Virus record (IMG/VR): IMGVR_UViG_3300001598_001791
Location: 1 to 64,000 of that record
Source of the DNA: a virus
Taxonomy: Duplodnaviria > Caudoviricetes
Length of the DNA: 64,000 bases
Reading direction: 5' to 3' (one strand)
Of the stretch, positions 23,594-33,170 are shown in pieces; within the stretch, counting starts at the first letter, position 1; the number at the start of each line of letters is the position of its first letter. Both the position numbers and the translations under genes were made by a program. The notes beneath the pieces are model-generated. The model was not told where the DNA came from. It searched no databases and was given only the letters and a program-made list of their open reading frames with translations.

Positions 23594-25852
23594 ATGTTAA
23601 AAAAGTTAGATGAAAATATGTCTCTGAGATTTAGAAATCTAGACCCTAAATATAAAAAAGAAAAAAATGTTTTAGGTAGATTCTACGGTGAGGTTGCTAC
23701 TTTTGGTGGTCAAACTAGAAACGGGAGACTCTATTCTGAAAAGTTATGGGAAAAACTATTTGAATCTGATCTTATTAAAGAGAGATTTGCTAATGGTGGA
23801 ATTTTTGGTGAATTGTGTCATCCTGACAGAGAAGAAGTTGATTTTGAAAAAGTTGCAATTGTAATGCCAGAACCACCAGTTAAAGATAAAGACGGATCAC
23901 TTATCGGATATGTAGATATTTTAGATACTCCATGTGGCCGTATTGCTTATCAGTTAGCAAAATATGGATATAAGTTTGGTATTAGTTCAAGAGGTACTGG
24001 TGACTTAGTTGATGGCCCTAATGGCGAAGAAGTTGATCCTGATACATATTCATTAACCGCCTTTGACCTTGTAGAAATGCCAGGTGTATATGGTGCGAGA
24101 ATGTCTTTTGCCGAATCATTAGATACTAAGAAATATAATAAAACATTAAAACAAAGATTATCTGAAGAATTAGAAAATTCAGAAGGAAGAGATAAAGAAA
24201 TTATGGAAGAGTCTTTAAAAGAATTAAATATCATCTTAAATGAAAATACTAATGAAGACTTCAGCCCTTATGGTTATTCTAAAGCTATTAAAGCTATTTC
24301 TGATGGTATTGAAAATGATACAGATTTAGATGGTTTACAAAAATACTTACAAAATATTGTTGGATTCTGTAAGTCTATTGCTGATGATTATGATCTGGCT
24401 ATAGAAGGTATCAGCGAAGAACTTGTAGAGAAACAATGCCAAGAATCAATTGGAGATGAAATTAAATATATTACAAAAGAAGAAGCTGATAAAGTAATTT
24501 CTGAAAGAAATCCAAAAGGTTTGTATATTATTAATGAACCAGAAAATAATAAAACAGTTGCTATTGATAATTCTACTGGTGATGCTTGGACTGAAGAATT
24601 TGATTCTGAAGAGGAAGCTATTAGATGGTTAAATGGTGAATTTGAAATGGCTGATAGAGTTAATGAAAAATTCTATTTATCACAAGAACCAGAAAAAGTT
24701 GAAAAAGCTAAAGAAGCTTTACAAGCAAATGTTGATTGTAAAGAGTTAGTTTCTGAATTATTAAGAGTTGCTGATAATGATACTATTGCTAAATTATGTA
24801 GACAATTTGGTGTTGAATCAAAAGAATTTGGTTTTAATATCTTAACTAAAGATGAAGTTAAACAAAAATATGGCACAGAAGATATTTCTGAGTTAGTAGA
24901 TGAATCATTAGAAAATGGAAAAACTGATTCAAGAGAAGCTGATGTTTTAGATAAGATATTTACATATTTAAGAGACGAATACACGGATGAAGAATTCGTT
25001 AAATTAGCTAAACAAAAATTTGGTATGACAGATGAAGAATTAGCTAATTTCTGTGGTTTAAATGAATCTATCAGCGAAAGCTGTGGAGATATAGAAGTTG
25101 TTAAAGAAAATGAAGAAGCTGACTGTGTCAGAGATGAATTATTAGTTAACGAACTTCAACAAACTTTATTGAAAAATAAAGAGTTAGAAAAAGATAATTT
25201 GGAACTTCAAGAAAAATTATCGGTTTGCAGTGCAAAAGAAATTAGTTTAGAAGAAGAGCTAAAGAAGTATAAAACTTCTACAGCTTCATTAAGTGAAACT
25301 GCTAAAAAGGTTAAAGATCTGAAAGAAGAAAATAGCCGTTTAACAGAAGAACTTAGACAAAATGAAAAATTACTTATTTCTGACAAAAGAAGATTCGAAA
25401 GATTAGGAGAACAAAGAAATAGCTATTCAAAGAAACTTGAAAAATCTATTGATGAGGTCAACAGTCTTAAGGATCAAGTAGTATCTCTTAAAGAGAATTT
25501 AGAGAAATCCTCTAAGAGAACTGAGGACTATGAATTATCTATTAAGAAATACCAAAAAGCTTTAAAAGAATCAAAAGATTTATATATTAGAGCTAAGGCT
25601 GACTCATACAACCTATCAGTTGATGAAGTTAAGTCAAATTTGAGTGAATCATTCAAATTAAAAGAAGTTGATTCAATTTGTGAAGATCTATATAATCAAA
25701 AGAAGAATTTAAATAAACTACCATTCAGAATCACTGAAGATGTTAAGATAAATGCTAAATCATCTAAAAATGAATATCTTGGTAGAGACACTTTCTATGA
25801 TGATGATAATATTGATTCTTTACTTAAGATGGCCAACTTATTTGAAAAATAG
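23594..25852 (+). CDS. prohead protease (T4 gp21-like) fused to a coiled-coil scaffold
   Basis: NGRLY, GELCHP, ILDTPCG, GISSRG.G and FDLV..PG motifs; long acidic coiled-coil C-terminus; directly upstream of the capsid gene. Confidence 0.85.
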   Translation: MLKKLDENMSLRFRNLDPKYKKEKNVLGRFYGEVATFGGQTRNGRLYSEKLWEKLFESDLIKERFANGGIFGELCHPDREEVDFEKVAIVMPEPPVKDKDGSLIGYVDILDTPCGRIAYQLAKYGYKFGISSRGTGDLVDGPNGEEVDPDTYSLTAFDLVEMPGVYGARMSFAESLDTKKYNKTLKQRLSEELENSEGRDKEIMEESLKELNIILNENTNEDFSPYGYSKAIKAISDGIENDTDLDGLQKYLQNIVGFCKSIADDYDLAIEGISEELVEKQCQESIGDEIKYITKEEADKVISERNPKGLYIINEPENNKTVAIDNSTGDAWTEEFDSEEEAIRWLNGEFEMADRVNEKFYLSQEPEKVEKAKEALQANVDCKELVSELLRVADNDTIAKLCRQFGVESKEFGFNILTKDEVKQKYGTEDISELVDESLENGKTDSREADVLDKIFTYLRDEYTDEEFVKLAKQKFGMTDEELANFCGLNESISESCGDIEVVKENEEADCVRDELLVNELQQTLLKNKELEKDNLELQEKLSVCSAKEISLEEELKKYKTSTASLSETAKKVKDLKEENSRLTEELRQNEKLLISDKRRFERLGEQRNSYSKKLEKSIDEVNSLKDQVVSLKENLEKSSKRTEDYELSIKKYQKALKESKDLYIRAKADSYNLSVDEVKSNLSESFKLKEVDSICEDLYNQKKNLNKLPFRITEDVKINAKSSKNEYLGRDTFYDDDNIDSLLKMANLFEK

Positions 25853-25886
25853 GCCAAATATTAATTGAAAGGTATAAAATTTTAAA

Positions 25887-28800
25887 ATGGCAAAAAACTT
25901 ATTAGAAGACTACAAAGGTAGACTTTCTGTTAGATTTTAAGCAGCGTAGTGAAGTAATTTATTATGATGTTTCTTATTGTACCTAAATACAATACTTTAA
26001 TCTACTGTCTCTAATAAGAGAAACAAACCTGGTGAATTCATGGAAAATCTAAAACTTAACGGGACCTCCCAACCCGGTTTTAGACAATCATGAGCCAAGC
26101 CCATTCGGGAAGGTGCAACGACTATCGAAATGGTAGTTTAGGAGAAAAACCTAAATAAGAACAAAGTAGAGTACATCTAATTAGGTGGAAGTACCAGGGT
26201 CCTTATAAAGGATAAAACAACATAAGGATATGATATAGTCTGATCTCCGTGGTGACATGGAGTTAACACAAATGTTCTGAAAAATTCTATGGCGACCGTA
26301 ATGAAGGCGCTAAGATGGGAAACGCTAAAAAACTTTTAACTGCTCAATGTTTAGACAATGTAGCTAAATATTTAAATGAGGCATTCACAATGACTGCAGG
26401 AACACAAAGAGGCGATTTAGGCGCTTTCAAAGTTTTCTGTATGGACATTACTACATTAACAATGCCAAACCTTATTGTTAATGACTTATTTATGGTTCAA
26501 CCAATGAGTTCATTCCAAGGTTATTAAAAAGTTATAGTAACCTAGCTGCTATAATAAAAAGAAGGCAGCTACAATAAACCTCATAAATTCATGGAAACTC
26601 CTTACCTTTCAGGACAATCATGAGCCAAGCTTTCAATTTCTCAGTTGAAAGAAGGTGCAACGACTATCGAAATGATGGCTAGTAATAGCTAGAACAAAGT
26701 AGAGTACAATTCAAATGAATTGGAAAGATGAGGCTGCCAGAAATGGTAGATAATATAGTCTAAACTATATGGTAACATATAGAAAATATTTTGAGAAATT
26801 ATTAATAAATGGCTACTGAGAAATAAAAAGCTTAAAATAATTTCAATGATTTATTTGTAATACAATTGTTAACTTACATGGAATATGCTTTAGCACCAGC
26901 TAAGGGTGGTGTTGCTGAAGGTACTGTTGTTCAAAATCCATTCCAATGGGCACCAATGACAGAAGCTAGAATGCAATACACTGGCGAAGCTGTTGTTGAA
27001 AAGATTGATGCTACTGGTGGTATTACCTTCGCTTGGGGACCAGTTGTTTATGGTAAAGCTGAAGACATCAGAGTTGAAGTAAACGGCGCTTACGTTCCAG
27101 TTCCAGCTGACAGACTAGTTAAAGATGCTAATGGTAAAGTTATTGGTATCGCTGCTGGTTATATGGCTGAAGGTACAAGAGTTGCTTATAGATATGACAA
27201 CCAATTAATCCCACAAGAAAAACTTCCTGGCATCAAAGGCCAAATGAAGGGTATCGCATTAGTTGCTAAAGCAAGAAGAATTGGTATTGAATATTCACAA
27301 TTCGCGGCTTAACTCAAGATACAAATCTTGAAAAGGTCCCTTACACAGTAATGTGTATTGAATAACCTATTTAATTGCTGGGAAACCTTTATAGCTAACT
27401 AAACTACAACGCAATTTGAAAAGATAATCGTGAAAGTTTTAAAATTAGTTAGATTAGGCAATCAGCAGCGAAGTTCCTTTAAAATGGAAAACGTTCAACG
27501 ACTATCACCGGCGGGTGAGTAGATATTATGTAATATCAAAATAATAGGTATTTTTAAATCAAAAAAATAAATTATGGAAAAGAAAAAGAGAATTCCTTGA
27601 AACAAGGGTCTTACAAAAGAAACAGATCTAAGGGTTGCTAAGGGAGCTGAAAATACTAAAAACACAGTATTATCTAGATACGGTGTTAGTAATATATTTC
27701 AGTCAAAAGAAGTACTTGATAAACTTTCTGCAGATAGACATTCAGGTGAACTTGCAAGAAGAGCAATGGACACAAAGAAGTTAAGATATGGCGATCCGAA
27801 TTATAATAATATTGAAAAGAATCATCAGACTAAATTAGATAGATATGGTGATCCAAACTATAATAATCAAGATAAAAACTATGAAACAAGAAAAATAAAC
27901 GGCACATTTAATACATCTAAACCAGAAGAAGAATTAAAACAAGAACTAGTAAATAAATACGGTGAGGAAGACGTAGAAGTTGAATATAGAGATCCTAGAT
28001 ACCATAATAAAGAAGGGTATAAATATAAATGTGATTTCTATGTTAAATCTGAGGATTTATTTATTGAACTTAATTACTGGCAAGGACACGGACCACATCC
28101 CTTTGATGAAAATAATGAAGAAGATTTGAAATTATTGGTTAAGTGAGAAGATAAGGCTAATTCAGGATTACCTCAATACAAAAATTATATTTATGTATGA
28201 ACTGTTGATGATCCTAATAAATTAAAATGCGCAAAGGAAAATAATCTTAATTATCTGATGATTTATAGGAATGGTTTAAAAATAAAGATATAGTCTCCTC
28301 TCTTACGAAAGTAAGAGGCAATAATTATTGCATTATAGAGTAACGATCTATAATAAAGAAAAGGTTTCAAGCTAAGCAAGATTACGGCATGGACTTCGAA
28401 GCTACTATCGCTCAACAAGCCCAAGCTGAATTAGAGTATGAAATTGACTCTGAAGCGGTATTCATGATCAAGAATGCTGCTGATGCATCAGCTCCAGTTG
28501 TTACTTGGGTTGATGAAGAATTGGATTAAGAAAAAAAAGTTTACATTTTCTTACAATTATTGTTACATTTATTATAAAGATAATGGAAATGATATAAGAA
28601 GATGTACTACATATTTTACATATTTATTTAATAATAAAGAACATACTTATACTCCTGATTTTATTATAGGAGATGAATATGCTGATGTTAAAGGTACACA
28701 TTTTATTAAAGATAACAGAATGATTAACCCGTATGATCGATCTTTAGATGATCAATATGAAGCAAAACATCAATGTATAATTAAAAATAATGTAAGACTT

Positions 28801-31800
28801 ATTTTAGAAGAAGAAATAAATAATTGTAAATTATTTGTAGACCAAGAATATGGTTGTAATTATATAAACCAATTTGAGGTGACTAAAGGTCCCTTAATAT
28901 AGAAATATATTTAGAAAACGATGTGAATTTCTGGGACATCTTATATACTTGCATACATATATAAGACAATCAGAAGCCAAGCAAATAGAAATATTTGAAG
29001 GTTCAACGACTATCGAAAAGTTAGTTTAAGAGAAATACTGAAATGAGAACTTAGTAGAGTACACTTTAAGTAAAGTGGAAGCGCATCGAAACTTACAGAG
29101 GTTCAAACAATGTAAGTTTATGATATAGTCTGATCTTATAGGTAACTATAAGAAATTAGATGGAAACGATCTAATTGTAACATAAATGACAATCAGCTAT
29201 TCAATGAAGGCTAAACCTATTTTGGTCTTGGCGTAAGTAATTACGTAAAAATATAAACCGCATTAACTCAGGGGAACTCCCACAGGGAAAATCCTGATCC
29301 GAGCCTCTACTGTAAGAGGAAGGTGCAACGACTATCGAAAAGGTCATTAATAAGAAATATATTAATGAGAACTTAGTAGAGTACATCTCAAAAGAGATGG
29401 AAGTGTGCGGCAACCTAGAGAGGATAAAACAATCTAGGCTGAAGATATAGTCTGAACTCTATAGCAATATAGAGAGAATTAAATTTAGTTTAAATATGAA
29501 CAATATAGAAGAAAAACAAAAAAATCACGCTGGAGGTACTAAAGGTTTAAAGTACTACAATGAGTGTAATTACAACTGAACTCATGGAAATACTGAACTC
29601 ATGGAAATCATGCATATGATTAAAATAATGAAGACGATCTTGAGAAGGTTGTTGAATGAGAAGATAAAGCCAATGAAGGAAAAAATTATTATAAGAATGC
29701 AATCTATACATGAACAATTTTGGATGTTCGTAAACAAAAGACTGCTAAAGATAATAATTTAAACTATATTGTTATATATAAATAATTGTTTAATTCGTAA
29801 CATAATTGGAAGGCTTTGCTAGAGCTATCGAAAGAGCTAAAGCTCATGTTTATAAAGCAACTGGCAGATTTATGCCTAACTGGATTAAAAATCTTGAATT
29901 TTGTTGCTAAATTTATTGTATAATATAATAAATAAGGCAATTTGGCATGAATGAACAAATAATAAAATTTTACAAAACACATACTGGTGCAAAAACTAGA
30001 AAACAATTTAGTTAATATATGGTAAAAATTATTTAAAGTCATTCAAAATTTAAAGATATGTCCCTTATTAAAGAAATTTAATATAGAAAACCACGAGAAT
30101 TCATGGAAACGCCTATTCACATTGGAGAGTGATTAGGTCAATCATGAGCCAAGCCCATTCGGGAAGGTGCAACGACTATCGAAATGATATGCATATACTT
30201 AATATGCAGAGTAACAGAGTAGAGTAAGACTTAAGAAATTCTGAAGTACGTGGGATCTAGAAATAAAGTAATCTAGATTATGATATAGTCTGAACTTATA
30301 AGTAATTATAAGAAAATAAACGGATTCGGTTTATTTGTAACACAATTGGTTAGTTTCTCCAGATATGATGACTATCCTTCCATTCGTTCCTGGTTTCGTT
30401 CATGCGAACAATGCTATTGCTAACGGACCATATGTTGCTGGAAATGTTGCTGGAATGAAAGTTATCGTATCACCAGCTTTAGGTAACAAAGTTTGTTACT
30501 TAGGTGTTTTGGGTGCAGATGGCAAGACTGCTGTTGGTGTATATGCTCCATTAAAAAATTATGCTTTCGCATAATGATTACAGTGGCCTTAAACAGAGAT
30601 GTTTAAGTGAAAACAAATTTAATTGCTGGAAAGTCCTTAGAGCTCTTTTGGCTACAACGAAAGAAGTAATTCTAATCGTGAAAGCTTAAAAACAAAAGAG
30701 ATTGGATAATCAGCAGCTAAGTTACTTATTTATGAAAACATATTTATTTAGGTATATTGGTAGGACAGTGGGTTGCAAACCATTTTCTATTACTCCTAAT
30801 AATAGAATTACTACCTATATATAAATTTAATTTTAGAGGATTATATTTTGTATGGATATGTTTATTTAACTGAAAATTTAATAAGTAAAAAGTTCAACGA
30901 CTAAGGGGTAGCACCCTGTAATAATCAAATGATTATGAAAGAGTTTGCATCTTATCCTAAATAAGATGATAATATAGTCTCTTCTCTATAGAAATATAGA
31001 GCTACAAATTGTAGTAGTTAAAGTAATGAATTAACTAAAAGATAAAAGATATGCCAATCGTCCCAACTCAATTATTAGGCTTTGCTGATGGCACTATGAG
31101 CCAAGGTTTGACAATCGCGACATGGCAGTTCGCGTAAGACCGTTTACTTAGCAATAAGTAAAATAAATCACATATTTAATTGCTGGAAAATCGTAAAGCT
31201 CACAAGCCTGAATGGTTACGAAAGTAGAAACAAGTTGTGAGATATCTATATGGTGTAAACCTAAGTAGATGTAAATCGATAATCAGCTTCCAAGCTTCTG
31301 TTTAGAAGAAGGATCAACGACTATCCCCTAGTGGGAGTAGAGAAGAAGTCTTCTCGAAAAGGTATGCATCTTAAAAAGATGATGATATAGTCTATACTTT
31401 ATTCGAAAGGTAAAGGAGAAATTATTTTGGGAAAAAGAACAAATTATATTAACCCTGATACAAAAGAAGTTATTTGATGTATTAGAGGTAATCAACCAGA
31501 AAACTGAGTTGAAATAAAACATTTTAAAAAGGTAGATGAGTTAAAGAATACTATTTCTAAAGAAGAATTATTTATTTATTATATTATAGAAAATAATAAT
31601 TTTATAACTACTGCTAAATATTTCAATATAAATCCTGCAAATGTATTACATGATTTACTAAAATATTACGGTATACATAAAGATAGTGTTTCTTCTAGTA
31701 AAAATAATAAATATAAAAGATCAAAAGAAGAATCCATTTTAGTTGGACAGAAATCTTCTTTAACACAAAAAGAAAAATGGAAAAATAAAAGCATTGAGGA

Positions 31801-32561
31801 AAAAGAAGAATATAAGGAAAAACAAAAAATAGCTCATTCAACTGATACTTTCAGAAAAAAAATAAGTGATATAAATAGAGAATATAGAAAAGAACTAAAA
31901 GATACTGATCCTGAATTAGATTTTGAATTAAATAGGCGTAGGTCTATTTCATGTAAAAAAACTTGGTCTAATAAAGATTTAATAGACAAAAGGAATGAAA
32001 CAGCTAAAAAGAACAGATTAGAAAGAAAAAATCAAATTTGTAGAACTAAGGCTGAACAATCAGTCTATAATGTACTGATTAATTTATTTCCAGATCTTAT
32101 TTATGATAAAATAATTGATGAAAGATATCCTTATCATATTGATTTTTATATTCCAAGTGAAGATCTATTTATAGAACTAAACGCACATCCTTCTCACGGT
32201 AAACATCCTTTTACTGGTGATCTGAATGAATGCTATAATATCACTGGTAATTGGCTAGATACTTATATTAGACGAGACGTAGAAAAAAGAAATTGTGCTA
32301 TTTCAAATAATCTTAATTATTTAGTTATTTATCCTCAATCATCTTTAAGAGAAAACATCTCATTTAATCCCGAAAAATATAAAGACTTAATAAAAATTAT
32401 TTATAATTCCCAGAATAAATCTCACTAATGATTAACGACCATTAGTAAATATATTAGTTAGCACACTTTATGATATGCGAATCTTAAATGAAAAATTATT
32501 AGCAAAGATCAACGTTGTTGAAGGCGATGAAGCTGCATTGGTAAAAGTTTTAGAAGCTTAA
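25887..32561 (+). CDS. major capsid protein (T4 gp23-like), 454 aa, spliced: join(25887..25930,26275..26524,26869..27309,28365..28526,29189..29212,29809..29885,30349..30551,31049..31108,32458..32561)
   Basis: Exons sum to 1365 nt with no internal stop; junctions give VQPMSSFQGYLTY, YSQFAAFQAKQDYG, ELDTISYSMKAEGFARA, MPNWMLVSPD, GVYAPYMPIVPT and SQGFSTLYD, matching gp23-type motifs. Confidence 0.9.
25931..26274 (+). other. group I intron 1 of the capsid gene (344 nt, no ORF)
   Basis: Exon ends in U, intron ends in G; P1 CUGU/GCAG; P3 CCUGGU/ACCAGG; P7 GACUA...AUAGUC. Confidence 0.85.
26525..26868 (+). other. group I intron 2 (344 nt, no ORF)
   Basis: P1 GGUUAU/GUAACC with U.G at the splice site; P3 CCUCAU/AUGAGG; P7; terminal G. 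Confidence 0.9.
27310..28364 (+). other. group I intron 3 with endonuclease ORF in P8
   Basis: AUUGCUGGGAAA, AAUCAGCAG, UUCAACGACUA and AAGAUAUAGUC core elements; P3 ACCUAUU/AAUAGGU; terminal G. Confidence 0.85.
27574..28293 (+). CDS. intron-encoded putative PD-(D/E)XK (Vsr/DUF559-like) homing endonuclease (239 aa, code 4)
   Basis: P(TGA)NKGLTKETD motif; RYGDPNYNN repeats; YKCDFY...LFIELN; the TAG stop lies inside the P7 3' strand. Confidence 0.75.
28527..29188 (+). other. group I intron 4 with ORF remnant in the P1 loop
   Basis: Exon GGAU pairs with GUCC about 365 nt downstream; P3 CGAUG/CAUCG; P7; ends GUAACAUAAAUG. Confidence 0.85.
28528..28902 (+). pseudogene. start-less TnsA/PD-(D/E)XK-like endonuclease fragment
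   Basis: YTPDFII..EYADVKG motif; no in-frame ATG upstream of the nuclease motif within the intron. Confidence 0.5.
29213..29808 (+). other. group I intron 5 with decayed endonuclease in P9
   Basis: P1 AAGGCU/GGUCUU; P3 CCGCAU/GUGCGG; P7; ends GUAACAUAAUUG. Confidence 0.85.
29496..29785 (+). pseudogene. degenerate homing endonuclease, paralogue of the intron-3 ORF
   Basis: C-terminal WEDKANEGKNYYKNAIYTWT...KDNNLNYIVIY matches intron-3 ORF WEDKANSGLPQYKNYIYVWT...KENNLNYLMIY; most of the N-terminal part is missing; 17-nt tandem duplication at 29575-29608. Confidence 0.75.
29886..30348 (+). other. group I intron 6
   Basis: Exon GGAU pairs with GUCC near 30060; P3 CCACG/CGUGG; P7; ends GUAACACAAUUG; splicing creates the AUG codon of MPNWMLV. 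Confidence 0.85.
30552..31048 (+). other. group I intron 7 with GIY-YIG remnant
   Basis: P1 CCAU/GUGG; AUUGCUGGAAA, AAUCAGCAG, UUCAACGACUA and AUAUAGUC cores; RBS plus LYGYVYLTENLISKK at 30848-30892. Confidence 0.85.
31109..32457 (+). other. group I intron 8 with endonuclease ORF in P9
   Basis: P1 GGUU/GACC; core elements at 31167-31392; terminal G at 32457 restores SQGFSTLYD. Confidence 0.85.
31427..32428 (+). CDS. intron-encoded putative PD-(D/E)XK homing endonuclease (333 aa, code 4)
   Basis: AAGGAG RBS plus TTG start; two TGA; RYPYHIDFYIPSEDLFIELN..HG.HPF motif shared with the intron-3 ORF. Confidence 0.7.
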
Positions 32562-32572
32562 TCCCAAAAATT

Positions 32573-32601
32573 AAAAGAAGCTGAAAAGCTTCTTTTTTTT
32601 T
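32573..32601 (+). terminator. capsid operon terminator
   Basis: AAAAGAAGCT-GAAA-AGCTTCTTTT followed by a T tract. Confidence 0.8.
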
Positions 32602-32655
32602 AGTTTACTTTTTGATATATTAATTGTAGTATAATTATCATTGTATATTATTATT

Positions 32656-32737
32656 GTAATCACCCACTGTGGTTATTCTAGTGTTTTAAACACAATCCTC
32701 TTTATTCAGAAGACTTAAATAAGTCTTCTTTTTTTTT
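32656..32737 (+). ncRNA. candidate small RNA 1
   Basis: TG-TATATT -10 at 32642-32649; 5' hairpin GUAAUCA/UGGUUAU; UCCUCUUUAU linker; terminator 32708-32737; no ORF. Confidence 0.5.
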
Positions 32738-32774
32738 AGTTTACAAACATATTTATTTGTTGTATAATAATAAT

Positions 32775-32837
32775 GTAATCAAATTAATGGTTATATTTTC
32801 CCCTTTATGACAGTAGAGATCTCTGATCTCTACTTTT
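32775..32837 (+). ncRNA. candidate small RNA 2 (paralogue of sRNA 1)
   Basis: Promoter TTTACA-N17-TATAAT at 32740-32768; same 5' hairpin at the same distance from the -10; UCCCCUUUAU linker; terminator 32812-32837. Confidence 0.55.
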
Positions 32838-32841
32838 CTAG

Positions 32842-32870
32842 TTTACAAGAAATAAATTGTATTATATAAT
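32842..32870 (+). promoter_or_regulatory. sigma70/sigmaA-type promoter
   Basis: TTTACA-N17-TATAAT. Confidence 0.7.
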
Positions 32871-32891
32871 AAATATATAGAGGTAAATGAG

Positions 32892-33146
32892 ATGGTAAAT
32901 CAGTTAATACAAGAGTTAATTAATTCTGAATATATCACATATAATAATCCGGCGATAACTGAAAAGGGTGATGCTTTTGTTTATAGATTAAATGATGGGA
33001 AATTATTATATACTCCTGTTGTTAAAGACTTTCCCTACAACAGCGGAAGTTATATAGTTAAATTAAATGATGAAGAATTTGATTTAACCGGGCAAGAATT
33101 TAGCAGATTGCAGTATGAAATTTTAGTTAGGTTTAGAAAACAATAA
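32892..33146 (+). CDS. hypothetical protein (84 aa)
   Basis: AGAGG RBS; own promoter. Confidence 0.65.
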   Translation: MVNQLIQELINSEYITYNNPAITEKGDAFVYRLNDGKLLYTPVVKDFPYNSGSYIVKLNDEEFDLTGQEFSRLQYEILVRFRKQ

Positions 33147-33170
33147 AAAGAGGGTTAATCCCTCTTTTTT
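33145..33170. terminator. bidirectional terminator
   Basis: AAAAAGAGGG-TTAAT-CCCTCTTTTTT between convergent genes. Confidence 0.8.

Noticed and set aside
26085-30186. CRISPR-like or direct-repeat array from the recurring GAAGGTGCAACGACTATCGAAA motif
   Set aside because: Spacing is irregular and the repeats are group I intron catalytic cores
26315-30574. ORF-track proteins 26315, 26866, 28474 and 30365 as independent genes
   Set aside because: They are capsid exons running into introns, or a frame-mixed exon/intron read
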